Notes under the pieces: model-generated
What the model saw: the letters and a program-made list of their open reading frames with translations, nothing else
Databases searched by the model: none
What the model was told of the DNA's origin: nothing
Shown: positions 12,101-26,600 of the stretch, piece by piece
How positions within the stretch are numbered: the stretch's first letter is position 1
How the letters are laid out: every line of letters begins with the position of its first letter
DNA from: Eledone cirrhosa
Taxonomy: Eukaryota
Length of the DNA: 64,000 nucleotides
Direction of reading: 5' to 3'
NCBI GenBank assembly: GCA_964016885.1
Contig: CAXHJY010000598.1
Location: 49,312 to 113,311, forward strand
Translations under genes and position numbers: made by a program

Positions 12101-15100
12101 TCCGCCGGCGAATGGTGTGCTTCGAAGAAAACGAATCCAAAAATGACGATTTGCCGGCGGAGTTACCTTTTCAATCGCGGGCCGGCCGCCCGTGGTCGGA
12201 TCGATCTGTAATTACTGGTACATGTGCAGACACTCATTGGCTATGTGCGGCGTGAATTTCAGCAAGATATCTCCGTAAAATCAATAGTTGTGGCTGTGGA
12301 ACCAAACCGTGTTAAACGTCAACAAAGTCCGCCGGCGAATGGTGTGCTTCGAAGAAAACGAATCCAAAAATGACGATTTGCCGGCGGAGTTACCTTTTCA
12401 ATCGCGGGCCGGCCGCCCGTGGTCGGATCGATCTGTAATTACTGGTACATGTGCAGACACTCATTGGCTATGTGCGGCGTGAATTTCAGCAAGATATCTC
12501 CGTAAAATCAATAGTTGTGGCTGTGGAACCAAACCGTGTTAAACGTCAACAAAGTCCGCCGGCGAATGGTGTGCTTCGAAGAAAACGAATCCAAAAATGA
12601 CGATTTGCCGGCGGAGTTACCTTTTCAATCGCGGGCCGGCCGCCCGTGGTCGGATCGATCTGTAATTACTGGTACATGTGCAGACACTCATTGGCTATGT
12701 GTGGCGTGAATTTCAGCAAGATATCTCCGTAAAATCAATAGTTGTGGCTGTGGAACCAAACCGTGTTAAACGTCAACAAAGTCCGCCGGCGAATGGTGTG
12801 CTTCGAAGAAAACGAATCCAAAAATGACGATTTGCCGGCGGAGTTACCTTTTCAATCGCGGGCCGGCCGCCCGTGGTCGGATAGATCTGTAATTACTGGT
12901 ACATGTGCAGACACTCATTGGCTATGTGCGGCGTGAATTTCAGCAAGATATCTCCGTAAAATCAATAGTTGTGGCTGTGGAACCAAACCGTGTTAAACGT
13001 CAACAAAGTCCGCCGGCGAATGGTGTGCTTCGAAGAAAACGAATCCAAAAATGACGATTTGCCGGCGGAGTTACCTTTTCAATCGCGGGCCGGCCGCCCG
13101 TGGTCGGATCGATCTGTAATTACTGGTACATGTGCAGACACTCATTGGCTATGTGTGGCGTGAATTTCAGCAAGATATCTCCGTGAATTCAATAGTTGTG
13201 GCTGTGGAACCAAACCGTGTTAAACGTCAACAAAGTCCGCCGGCGAATGGTGTGCTTCGAAGAAAACGAATCCAAAAATGACGATTTGCCGGCGGAGTTA
13301 CCTTTTCAATCGCGGGCCGGCCGCCCGTGGTCAGATCGATCTGTAATTACTGGTACATGTGCAGACACTCATTGGCTATGTGCGGCGTGAATTTCAGCAA
13401 GATATCTCCGTAAAATCAATAGTTGTGGCTGTGGAACCAAACCGTGTTAAACGTCAACAAAGTCCGCCGGCGAATGGTGTGCTTCGAAGAAAACGAATCC
13501 AAAAATGACGATTTGCCGGCGGAGTTACCTTTTCAATCGCGGGCCGGCCGCCCGTGGTCGGATCGATCTGTAATTACTGGTACATGTGCAGACACTCATT
13601 GGCTATGTGTGGCGTGAATTTCAGCAAGATATCTCCGTAAAATCAATAGTTGTGGCTGTGGAACCAAACCGTGTTAAACGTCAACAAAGTCCGCCGGCGA
13701 ATGGTGTGCTTCGAAGAAAACGAATCCAAAAATGACGATTTGCCGGCGGAGTTACCTTTTCAATCGCGGGCCGGCCGCCCGTGGTCGGATAGATCTGTAA
13801 TTACTGGTACATGTGCAGACACTCATTGGCTATGTGCGGCGTGAATTTCAGCAAGATATCTCCGTAAAATCAATAGTTGTGGCTGTGGAACCAAACCGTG
13901 TTAAACGTCAACAAAGTCCGCCGGCGAATGGTGTGCTTCGAAGAAAACGAATCCAAAAATGACGATTTGCCGGCGGAGTTACCTTTTCAATCGCGGGCCG
14001 GCCGCCCGTGGTCAGATCGATCTGTAATTACTGGTACATGTGCAGACACTCATTGGCTATGTGCGGCGTGAATTTCAGCAAGATATCTCCGTAAAATCAA
14101 TAGTTGTGGCTGTGGAACCAAACCGTGTTAAACGTCAACAAAGTCCGCCGGCGAATGGTGTGCTTCGAAGAAAACGAATCCAAAAATGACGATTTGCCGG
14201 CGGAGTTACCTTTTCAATCGCGGGCCGGCCGCCCGTGGTCGGATCGATCTGTAATTACTGGTACATGTGCAGACACTCATTGGCTATGTGTGGCGTGAAT
14301 TTCAGCAAGATATCTCCGTAAATTCAATAGTTGTGGCTGTGGAACCAAACCGTGTTAAACGTCAACAAAGTCCGCCGGCGAATGGTGTGCTTCGAAGAAA
14401 ACGAATCCAAAAATGACGATTTGCCGGCGGAGTTACCTTTTCAATCGCGGGCCGGCCGCCCGTGGTCGGATCGATCTGTAATTACTGGTACATGTGCAGA
14501 CACTCATTGGCTATGTGTGGCGTGAATTTCAGCAAGATATCTCCGTAAAATCAATAGTTGTGGCTGTGGAACCAAACCGTGTTAAACGTCAACAAAGTCC
14601 GCCGGCGAATGGTGTGCTTCGAAGAAAACGAATCCAAAAATGACGATTTGCCGGCGGAGTTACCTTTTCAATCGCGGGCCGGCCGCCCGTGGTCGGATCG
14701 ATCTGTAATTACTGGTACATGTGCAGACACTCATTGGCTATGTGCGGCGTGAATTTCAGCAAGATATCTCCGTAAAATCAATAGTTGTGGCTGTGGAACC
14801 AAACCGTGTTAAACGTCAACAAAGTCCGCCGGCGAATGGTGTGCTTCGAAGAAAACGAATCCAAAAATGACGATTTGCCGGCGGAGTTACCTTTTCAATC
14901 GCGGGCCGGCCGCCCGTGGTCGGATCGATCTGTAATTACTGGTACATGTGCAGACACTCATTGGCTATGTGCGGCGTGAATTTCAGCAAGATATCTCCGT
15001 AAAATCAATAGTTGTGGCTGTGGAACCAAACCGTGTTAAACGTCAACAAAGTCCGCCGGCGAATGGTGTGCTTCGAAGAAAACGAATCCAAAAATGACGA

Positions 15101-16344
15101 TTTGCCGGCGGAGTTACCTTTTCAATCGCGGGCCGGCCGCCCGTGGTCGGATCGATCTGTAATTACTGGTACATGTGCAGACACTCATTGGCTATGTGTG
15201 GCGTGAATTTCAGCAAGATATCTCCGTAAAATCAATAGTTGTGGCTGTGGAACCAAACCGTGTTAAACGTCAACAAAGTCCGCCGGCGAATGGTGTGCTT
15301 CGAAGAAAACGAATCCAAAAATGACGATTTGCCGGCGGAGTTACCTTTTCAATCGCGGGCCGGCCGCCCGTGGTCGGATAGATCTGTAATTACTGGTACA
15401 TGTGCAGACACTCATTGGCTATGTGCGGCGTGAATTTCAGCAAGATATCTCCGTAAAATCAATAGTTGTGGCTGTGGAACCAAACCGTGTTAAACGTCAA
15501 CAAAGTCCGCCGGCGAATGGTGTGCTTCGAAGAAAACGAATCCAAAAATGACGATTTGCCGGCGGAGTTACCTTTTCAATCGCGGGCCGGCCGCCCGTGG
15601 TCGGATCGATCTGTAATTACTGGTACATGTGCAGACACTCATTGGCTATGTGCGGCGTGAATTTCAGCAAGATATCTCCGTAAAATCAATAGTTGTGGCT
15701 GTGGAACCAAACCGTGTTAAACGTCAACAAAGTCCGCCGGCGAATGGTGTGCTTCGAAGAAAACGAATCCAAAAATGACGATTTGCCGGCGGAGTTACCT
15801 TTTCAATCGCGGGCCGGCCGCCCGTGGTCGGATCGATCTGTAATTACTGGTACATGTGCAGACACTCATTGGCTATGTGTGGCGTGAATTTCAGCAAGAT
15901 ATCTCCGTGAATTCAATAGTTGTGGCTGTGGAACCAAACCGTGTTAAACGTCAACAAAGTCCGCCGGCGAATGGTGTGCTTCGAAGAAAACGAATCCAAA
16001 AATGACGATTTGCCGGCGGAGTTACCTTTTCAATCGCGGGCCGGCCGCCCGTGGTCAGATCGATCTGTAATTACTGGTACATGTGCAGACACTCATTGGC
16101 TATGTGCGGCGTGAATTTCAGCAAGATATCTCCGTAAAATCAATAGTTGTGGCTGTGGAACCAAACCGTGTTAAACGTCAACAAAGTCCGCCGGCGAATG
16201 GTGTGCTTCGAAGAAAACGAATCCAAAAATGACGATTTGCCGGCGGAGTTACCTTTTCAATCGCGGGCCGGCCGCCCGTGGTCGGATCGATCTGTAATTA
16301 CTGGTACATGTGCAGACACTCATTGGCTATGTGTGGCGTGAATT

Positions 16345-19300
16345 TCAGCAAGATATCTCCGTAAATTCAATAGTTGTGGCTGTGGAACCAAACCGTGTTA
16401 AACGTCAACAAAGTCCGCCGGCGAATGGTGTGCTTCGAAGAAAACGAATCCAAAAATGACGATTTGCCGGCGGAGTTACCTTTTTAATCGCGGGCCGGCC
16501 GCCCGTGGTCGGATCGATCTGTAATTACTGGTACATGTGCAGACACTCATTGGCTATGTGTGGCGTGAATTTCAGCAAGATATCTCCGTAAAATCAATAG
16601 TTGTGGCTGTGGAACCAAACCGTGTTAAACGTCAACAAAGTCCGCCGGCGAATGGTGTGCTTCGAAGAAAACGAATCCAAAAATGACGATTTGCCGGCGG
16701 AGTTACCTTTTCAATCGCGGGCCGGCCGCCCGTGGTCGGATCGATCTGTAATTACTGGTACATGTGCAGACACTCATTGGCTATGTGCGGCGTGAATTTC
16801 AGCAAGATATCTCCGTAAAATCAATAGTTGTGGCTGTGGAACCAAACCGTGTTAAACGTCAACAAAGTCCGCCGGCGAATGGTGTGCTTCGAAGAAAACG
16901 AATCCAAAAATGACGATTTGCCGGCGGAGTTACCTTTTCAATCGCGGGCCGGCCGCCCGTGGTCGGATCGATCTGTAATTACTGGTACATGTGCAGACAC
17001 TCATTGGCTATGTGTGGCGTGAATTTCAGCAAGATATCTCCGTAAAATCAATAGTTGTGGCTGTGGAACCAAACCGTGTTAAACGTCAACAAAGTCCGCC
17101 GGCGAATGGTGTGCTTCGAAGAAAACGAATCCAAAAATGACGATTTGCCGGCGGAGTTACCTTTTCAATCGCGGGCCGGCCGCCCGTGGTCGGATAGATC
17201 TGTAATTACTGGTACATGTGCAGACACTCATTGGCTATGTGCGGCGTGAATTTCAGCAAGATATCTCCGTAAAATCAATAGTTGTGGCTGTGGAACCAAA
17301 CCGTGTTAAACGTCAACAAAGTCCGCCGGCGAATGGTGTGCTTCGAAGAAAACGAATCCAAAAATGACGATTTGCCGGCGGAGTTACCTTTTCAATCGCG
17401 GGCCGGCCGCCCGTGGTCAGATCGATCTGTAATTACTGGTACATGTGCAGACACTCATTGGCTATGTGCGGCGTGAATTTCAGCAAGATATCTCCGTAAA
17501 ATCAATAGTTGTGGCTGTGGAACCAAACCGTGTTAAACGTCAACAAAGTCCGCCGGCGAATGGTGTGCTTCGAAGAAAACGAATCCAAAAATGACGATTT
17601 GCCGGCGGAGTTACCTTTTCAATCGCGGGCCGGCCGCCCGTGGTCGGATCGATCTGTAATTACTGGTACATGTGCAGACACTCATTGGCTATGTGTGGCG
17701 TGAATTTCAGCAAGATATCTCCGTAAATTCAATAGTTGTGGCTGTGGAACCAAACCGTGTTAAACGTCAACAAAGTCCGCCGGCGAATGGTGTGCTTCGA
17801 AGAAAACGAATCCAAAAATGACGATTTGCCGGCGGAGTTACCTTTTTAATCGCGGGCCGGCCGCCCGTGGTCGGATCGATCTGTAATTACTGGTACATGT
17901 GCAGACACTCATTGGCTATGTGTGGCGTGAATTTCAGCAAGATATCTCCGTAAAATCAATAGTTGTGGCTGTGGAACCAAACCGTGTTAAACGTCAACAA
18001 AGTCCGCCGGCGAATGGTGTGCTTCGAAGAAAACGAATCCAAAAATGACGATTTGCCGGCGGAGTTACCTTTTCAATCGCGGGCCGGCCGCCCGTGGTCG
18101 GATCGATCTGTAATTACTGGTACATGTGCAGACACTCATTGGCTATGTGCGGCGTGAATTTCAGCAAGATATCTCCGTAAAATCAATAGTTGTGGCTGTG
18201 GAACCAAACCGTGTTAAACGTCAACAAAGTCCGCCGGCGAATGGTGTGCTTCGAAGAAAACGAATCCAAAAATGACGATTTGCCGGCGGAGTTACCTTTT
18301 CAATCGCGGGCCGGCCGCCCGTGGTCGGATCGATCTGTAATTACTGGTACATGTGCAGACACTCATTGGCTATGTGTGGCGTGAATTTCAGCAAGATATC
18401 TCCGTAAAATCAATAGTTGTGGCTGTGGAACCAAACCGTGTTAAACGTCAACAAAGTCCGCCGGCGAATGGTGTGCTTCGAAGAAAACGAATCCAAAAAT
18501 GACGATTTGCCGGCGGAGTTACCTTTTCAATCGCGGGCCGGCCGCCCGTGGTCGGATAGATCTGTAATTACTGGTACATGTGCAGACACTCATTGGCTAT
18601 GTGCGGCGTGAATTTCAGCAAGATATCTCCGTAAAATCAATAGTTGTGGCTGTGGAACCAAACCGTGTTAAACGTCAACAAAGTCCGCCGGCGAATGGTG
18701 TGCTTCGAAGAAAACGAATCCAAAAATGACGATTTGCCGGCGGAGTTACCTTTTCAATCGCGGGCCGGCCGCCCGTGGTCAGATCGATCTGTAATTACTG
18801 GTACATGTGCAGACACTCATTGGCTATGTGCGGCGTGAATTTCAGCAAGATATCTCCGTAAAATCAATAGTTGTGGCTGTGGAACCAAACCGTGTTAAAC
18901 GTCAACAAAGTCCGCCGGCGAATGGTGTGCTTCGAAGAAAACGAATCCAAAAATGACGATTTGCCGGCGGAGTTACCTTTTCAATCGCGGGCCGGCCGCC
19001 CGTGGTCGGATCGATCTGTAATTACTGGTACATGTGCAGACACTCATTGGCTATGTGTGGCGTGAATTTCAGCAAGATATCTCCGTAAATTCAATAGTTG
19101 TGGCTGTGGAACCAAACCGTGTTAAACGTCAACAAAGTCCGCCGGCGAATGGTGTGCTTCGAAGAAAACGAATCCAAAAATGACGATTTGCCGGCGGAGT
19201 TACCTTTTTAATCGCGGGCCGGCCGCCCGTGGTCGGATCGATCTGTAATTACTGGTACATGTGCAGACACTCATTGGCTATGTGTGGCGTGAATTTCAGC

Positions 19301-19522
19301 AAGATATCTCCGTAAAATCAATAGTTGTGGCTGTGGAACCAAACCGTGTTAAACGTCAACAAAGTCCGCCGGCGAATGGTGTGCTTCGAAGAAAACGAAT
19401 CCAAAAATGACGATTTGCCGGCGGAGTTACCTTTTCAATCGCGGGCCGGCCGCCCGTGGTCGGATCGATCTGTAATTACTGGTACATGTGCAGACACTCA
19501 TTGGCTATGTGCGGCGTGAATT
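16345..19522. repeat. 6-monomer (1362-bp) higher-order repeat, about 2.3 tandem units, with another unit at about 10443-11804
   Basis: The ordered haplotypes [A22T+C141T+T217],[C217],[T217],[C171A],[G167A],[T217] repeat at copies 72-77, 78-83 and 46-51. C141T monomers (missing ORFs) lie at 16374, 17736, 19098 and 20460, spaced 1362 bp apart. Confidence 0.8.
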
Positions 19523-22500
19523 TCAGCAAGATATCTCCGTAAAATCAATAGTTGTGGCTGTGGAACCAAACCGTGTTAAACGTCAACAAAGTCCGCCGGC
19601 GAATGGTGTGCTTCGAAGAAAACGAATCCAAAAATGACGATTTGCCGGCGGAGTTACCTTTTCAATCGCGGGCCGGCCGCCCGTGGTCGGATCGATCTGT
19701 AATTACTGGTACATGTGCAGACACTCATTGGCTATGTGCGGCGTGAATTTCAGCAAGATATCTCCGTAAAATCAATAGTTGTGGCTGTGGAACCAAACCG
19801 TGTTAAACGTCAACAAAGTCCGCCGGCGAATGGTGTGCTTCGAAGAAAACGAATCCAAAAATGACGATTTGCCGGCGGAGTTACCTTTTCAATCGCGGGC
19901 CGGCCGCCCGTGGTCGGATCGATCTGTAATTACTGGTACATGTGCAGACACTCATTGGCTATGTGTGGCGTGAATTTCAGCAAGATATCTCCGTAAAATC
20001 AATAGTTGTGGCTGTGGAACCAAACCGTGTTAAACGTCAACAAAGTCCGCCGGCGAATGGTGTGCTTCGAAGAAAACGAATCCAAAAATGACGATTTGCC
20101 GGCGGAGTTACCTTTTCAATCGCGGGCCGGCCGCCCGTGGTCGGATAGATCTGTAATTACTGGTACATGTGCAGACACTCATTGGCTATGTGCGGCGTGA
20201 ATTTCAGCAAGATATCTCCGTAAAATCAATAGTTGTGGCTGTGGAACCAAACCGTGTTAAACGTCAACAAAGTCCGCCGGCGAATGGTGTGCTTCGAAGA
20301 AAACGAATCCAAAAATGACGATTTGCCGGCGGAGTTACCTTTTCAATCGCGGGCCGGCCGCCCGTGGTCGGATCGATCTGTAATTACTGGTACATGTGCA
20401 GACACTCATTGGCTATGTGTGGCGTGAATTTCAGCAAGATATCTCCGTAAATTCAATAGTTGTGGCTGTGGAACCAAACCGTGTTAAACGTCAACAAAGT
20501 CCGCCGGCGAATGGTGTGCTTCGAAGAAAACGAATCCAAAAATGACGATTTGCCGGCGGAGTTACCTTTTTAATCGCGGGCCGGCCGCCCGTGGTCGGAT
20601 CGATCTGTAATTACTGGTACATGTGCAGACACTCATTGGCTATGTGTGGCGTGAATTTCAGCAAGATATCTCCGTAAAATCAATAGTTGTGGCTGTGGAA
20701 CCAAACCGTGTTAAACGTCAACAAAGTCCGCCGGCGAATGGTGTGCTTCGAAGAAAACGAATCCAAAAATGACGATTTGCCGGCGGAGTTACCTTTTCAA
20801 TCGCGGGCCGGCCGCCCGTGGTCGGATCGATCTGTAATTACTGGTACATGTGCAGACACTCATTGGCTATGTGCGGCGTGAATTTCAGCAAGATATCTCC
20901 GTAAAATCAATAGTTGTGGCTGTGGAACCAAACCGTGTTAAACGTCAACAAAGTCCGCCGGCGAATGGTGTGCTTCTAAGAAAACGAATCCAAAAATGAC
21001 GATTTGCCGGCGGAGTTACCTTTTCAATCGCGGGCCGGCCGCCCGTGTTCGGATCGATCTGTAATTACTGGTACATGTGCAGACACTCATTGGCTATGTG
21101 TGGCGTGAATTTCAGCAAGATATCTCCGTGAATTCAATAGTTGTGGCTGTGGAACCAAACCGTGTTAAACGTCAACAAAGTCCGCCGGCGAATGGTGTGC
21201 TTCGAAGAAAACGAATCCAAAAATGACGATTTGCCGGCGGAGTTACCTTTTCAATCGCGGACCGGCCGCCCGTGGTCGGATCGATCTGTAATTACTGGTA
21301 CATGTGCAGACACTCATTGGCTATGTGCGGCGTGAATTTCAGCAAGATATCTCCGTAAAATCAATAGTTGTGGCTGTGGAACCAAACCGTGTTAAACGTC
21401 AACAAAGTCCGCCGGCGAATGGTGTGCTTCGAAGAAAACGAATCCAAAAATGACGATTTGCCGGCGGAGTTACCTTTTCAATCGCGGGCCGGCCGCCCGT
21501 GGTCGGATCGATCTGTAATTACTGGTACATGTGCAGACACTCATTGGCTATGTGTGGCGTGAATTTCAGCAAGATATCTCCGTAAAATCAATAGTTGTGG
21601 CTGTGGAACCAAACCGTGTTAAACGTCAACAAAGTCCGCCGGCGAATGGTGTGCTTCGAAGAAAACGAATCCAAAAATGACGATTTGCCGGCGGAGTTAC
21701 CTTTTCAATCGCGGGCCGGCCGCCCGTGGTCGGATCGATCTGTAATTACTGGTACATGTGCAGACACTCATTGGCTATGTGTGGCGTGAATTTCAGCAAG
21801 ATATCTCCGTAAAATCAATAGTTGTGGCTGTGGAACCAAACCGTGTTAAACGTCAACAAAGTCCGCCGGCGAATGGTGTGCTTCGAAGAAAACGAATCCA
21901 AAAATGACGATTTGCCGGCGGAGTTACCTTTTCAATCGCGGGCCGGCCGCCCGTGGTCGGATAGATCTGTAATTACTGGTACATGTGCAGACACTCATTG
22001 GCTATGTGCGGCGTGAATTTCAGCAAGATATCTCCGTAAAATCAATAGTTGTGGCTGTGGAACCAAACCGTGTTAAACGTCAACAAAGTCCGCCGGCGAA
22101 TGGTGTGCTTCGAAGAAAACGAATCCAAAAATGACGATTTGCCGGCGGAGTTACCTTTTCAATCGCGGGCCGGCCGCCCGTGGTCGGATCGATCTGTAAT
22201 TACTGGTACATGTGCGGACACTCATTGGCTATGTGCGGCGTGAATTTCAGCAAGATATCTCCGTAAAATCAATAGTTGTGGCTGTGGAACCAAACCGTGT
22301 TAAACGTCAACAAAGTCCGCCGGCGAATGGTGTGCTTCGAAGAAAACGAATCCAAAAATGACGATTTGCCGGCGGAGTTACCTTTTCAATCGCGGGCCGG
22401 CCGCCCGTGGTCAGATCGATCTGTAATTACTGGTACATGTGCAGACACTCATTGGCTATGTGTGGCGTGAATTTCAGCAAGATATCTCCGTAAATTCAAT

Positions 22501-23608
22501 AGTTGTGGCTGTGGAACCAAACCGTGTTAAACGTCAACAAAGTCCGCCGGCGAATGGTGTGCTTCGAAGAAAACGAATCCAAAAATGACGATTTGCCGGC
22601 GGAGTTACCTTTTTAATCGCGGGCCGGCCGCCCGTGGTCGGATCGATCTGTAATTACTGGTACATGTGCAGACACTCATTGGCTATGTGTGGCGTGAATT
22701 TCAGCAAGATATCTCCGTAAAATCAATAGTTGTGGCTGTGGAACCAAACCGTGTTAAACGTCAACAATGTCCGCCGGCGAATGGTGTGCTTCGAAGAAAA
22801 CGAATCCAAAAATGACGATTTGCCGGCGGAGTTACATTTTCAATCGCGGGCCGGCCGCCCGTGGTCGGATCGATCTGTAATTACTGGTACATGTGCAGAC
22901 ACTCATTGGCTATGTGCGGCGTGAATTTCAGCAAGATATCTCCGTAAAATCAATAGTTGTGGCTGTGGAACCAAACCGTGTTAAACGTCAACAAAGTCCG
23001 CCGGCGAATGGTGTGCTTCGAAGAAAACGAATCCAAAAATGACGATTTGCCGGCGGAGTTACCTTTTCAATCGCGGGCCGGCCGCCCGTGGTCGGATCGA
23101 TCTGTAATTACTGGTACATGTGCAGACACTCATTGGCTAAGTGCGGCGTCAATTTCAGCAAGATATCTCCGTAAAATCAATAGTTGTGGCTGTGGAACCA
23201 AACCGTGTTAAACGTCAACAAAGTCCGCCGGCGAATGGTGTGCTTCGAAGAAAACGAATCCAAAAATGACGATTTGCCGGCGGAGTTACCTTTTCAATCG
23301 CGGGCCGGCCGCCCGTGGTCGGATCGATCTGTAATTACTGGTACATGTGCAGACACTCATTGGCTATGTGCGGCGTGAATTTCAGCAAGATATCTCCGTA
23401 AAGTCAATAGTTGTGGCTGTGGAACCAAACCGTGTTAAACGTCAACAAAGTCCGCCGGCGAATGGTGTGCTTCGAAGAAAACGAATCCAAAAATGACGAT
23501 TTGCCGGCGGAGTTACCTTTTTAATCGCGGGCCGGCCGCCCGTGGTCGGATCGATCTGTAATTACTGGTACATGTGCAGACACTCATTGGCTATGTGTGG
23601 CGTGAATT

Positions 23609-26600
23609 TCAGCAAGATATCTCCGTAAAATCAATAGTTGTGGCTGTGGAACCAAACCGTGTTAAACGTCAACAATGTCCGCCGGCGAATGGTGTGCTTC
23701 GAAGAAAACGAATCCAAAAATGACGATTTGCCGGCGGAGTTACCTTTTCAATCGCGGGCCGGCCGCCCGTGGTCGGATCGATCTGTAATTACTGGTACAT
23801 GTGCAGACACTCATTGGCTATGTGCGGCGTGAATTTCAGCAAGATATCTCCGTAAAATCAATAGTTGTGGCTGTGGAACCAAACCGTGTTAAACGTCAAC
23901 AAAGTCCGCCGGCGAATGGTGTGCTTCGAAGAAAACGAATCCAAAAATGACGATTTGCCGGCGGAGTTACCTTTTCAATCGCGGGCCGGCCGCCCGTGGT
24001 CGGATCGATCTGTAATTACTGGTACATGTGCAGACACTCATTGGCTATGTGCGGCGTGAATTTCAGCAAGATATCTCCGTAAAATCAATAGTTGTGGCTG
24101 TGGAACCAAACCGTGTTAAACGTCAACAAAGTCCGCCGGCGAATGGTGTGCTTCGAAGAAAACGAATCCAAAAATGACGATTTGCCGGCGGAGTTACCTT
24201 TTCAATCGCGGGCCGGCCGCCCGTGGTCGGATCGATCTGTAATTACTGGTACATGTGCAGACACTCATTGGCTATGTGTGGCGTGAATTTCAGCAAGATA
24301 TCTCCGTAAAATCAATAGTTGTGGCTGTGGAACCAAACCGTGTTAAACGTCAACAAAGTCCGCCGGCGAATGGTGTGCTTCGAAGAAAACGAATCCAAAA
24401 ATGACGATTTGCCGGCGGAGTTACCTTTTCAATCGCGGGCCGGCCGCCCGTGGTCGGATCGATCTGTAATTACTGGTACATGTGCAGACACTCATTGGCT
24501 ATGTGTGGCGTGAATTTCAGCAAGATATCTCCGTAAAATCAATAGTTGTGGCTGTGGAACCAAACCGTGTTAAACGTCAACAAAGTCCGCCGGCGAATGG
24601 TGTGCTTCGAAGAAAACGAATCCAAAAATGACGATTTGCCGGCGGAGTTACCTTTTCAATCGCGGGCCGGCCGCCCGTGGTCGGATAGATCTGTAATTAC
24701 TGGTACATGTGCAGACACTCATTGGCTATGTGCGGCGTGAATTTCAGCAAGATATCTCCGTAAAATCAATAGTTGTGGCTGTGGAACCAAACCGTGTTAA
24801 ACGTCAACAAAGTCCGCCGGCGAATGGTGTGCTTCGAAGAAAACGAATCCAAAAATGACGATTTGCCGGCGGAGTTACCTTTTCAATCGCGGGCCGGCCG
24901 CCCGTGGTCAGATCGATCTGTAATTACTGGTACATGTGCAGACACTCATTGGCTATGTGTGGCGTGAATTTCAGCAAGATATCTCCGTAAATTCAATAGT
25001 TGTGGCTGTGGAACCAAACCGTGTTAAACGTCAACAAAGTCCGCCGGCGAATGGTGTGCTTCGAAGAAAACGAATCCAAAAATGACGATTTGCCGGCGGA
25101 GTTACCTTTTTAATCGCGGGCCGGCCGCCCGTGGTCGGATCGATCTGTAATTACTGGTACATGTGCAGACACTCATTGGCTATGTGTGGCGTGAATTTCA
25201 GCAAGATATCTCCGTAAAATCAATAGTTGTGGCTGTGGAACCAAACCGTGTTAAACGTCAACAATGTCCGCCGGCGAATGGTGTGCTTCGAAGAAAACGA
25301 ATCCAAAAATGACGATTTGCCGGCGGAGTTACCTTTTCAATCGCGGGCCGGCCGCCCGTGGTCGGATCGATCTGTAATTACTGGTACATGTGCAGACACT
25401 CATTGGCTATGTGCGGCGTGAATTTCAGCAAGATATCTCCGTAAAATCAATAGTTGTGGCTGTGGAACCAAACCGTGTTAAACGTCAACAAAGTCCGCCG
25501 GCGAATGGTGTGCTTCGAAGAAAACGAATCCAAAAATGACGATTTGCCGGCGGAGTTACCTTTTCAATCGCGGGCCGGCCGCCCGTGGTCGGATCGATCT
25601 GTAATTACTGGTACATGTGCAGACACTCATTGGCTATGTGCGGCGTGAATTTCAGCAAGATATCTCCGTAAAATCAATAGTTGTGGCTGTGGAACCAAAC
25701 CGTGTTAAACGTCAACAAAGTCCGCCGGCGAATGGTGTGCTTCGAAGAAAACGAATCCAAAAATGACGATTTGCCGGCGGAGTTACCTTTTCAATCGCGG
25801 GCCGGCCGCCCGTGGTCGGATCGATCTGTAATTACTGGTACATGTGCAGACACTCATTGGCTATGTGCGGCGTGAATTTCAGCAAGATATCTCCGTAAAA
25901 TCAATAGTTGTGGCTGTGGAACCAAACCGTGTTAAACGTCAACAAAGTCCGCCGGCGAATGGTGTGCTTCGAAGAAAACGAATCCAAAAATGACGATTTG
26001 CCGGCGGAGTTACCTTTTCAATCGCGGGCCGGCCGCCCGTGGTCGGATCGATCTGTAATTACTGGTACATGTGCAGACACTCATTGGCTATGTGTGGCGT
26101 GAATTTCAGCAAGATATCTCCGTAAAATCAATAGTTGTGGCTGTGGAACCAAACCGTGTTAAACGTCAACAATGTCCGCCGGCGAATGGTGTGCTTCGAA
26201 GAAAACGAATCCAAAAATGACGATTTGCCGGCGGAGTTACCTTTTCAATTGCGGGCCGGCCGCCCGTGGTCGGATCGATCTGTAATTACTGGTACATGTG
26301 CAGACACTCATTGGCTATGTGCGGCGTGAATTTCAGCAAGATATCTCCGTAAAATCAATAGTTGTGGCTGTGGAACCAAACCGTGTTAAACGTCAACAAA
26401 GTCCGCCGGCGAATGGTGTGCTTCGAAGAAAACGAATCCAAAAATGACGATTTGCCGGCGGAGTTACCTTTTCAATCGCGGGCCGGCCGCCCGTGGTCGG
26501 ATCGATCTGTAATTACTGGTACATGTGCAGACACTCATTGGCTATGTGCGGCGTGAATTTCAGCAAGATATCTCCGTAAAATCAATAGTTGTGGCTGTGG

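Noticed and set aside
22957-23211. 84-aa extended ORF
   Set aside because: It is a read-through caused by a private G>C at 23150 in a single satellite copy.
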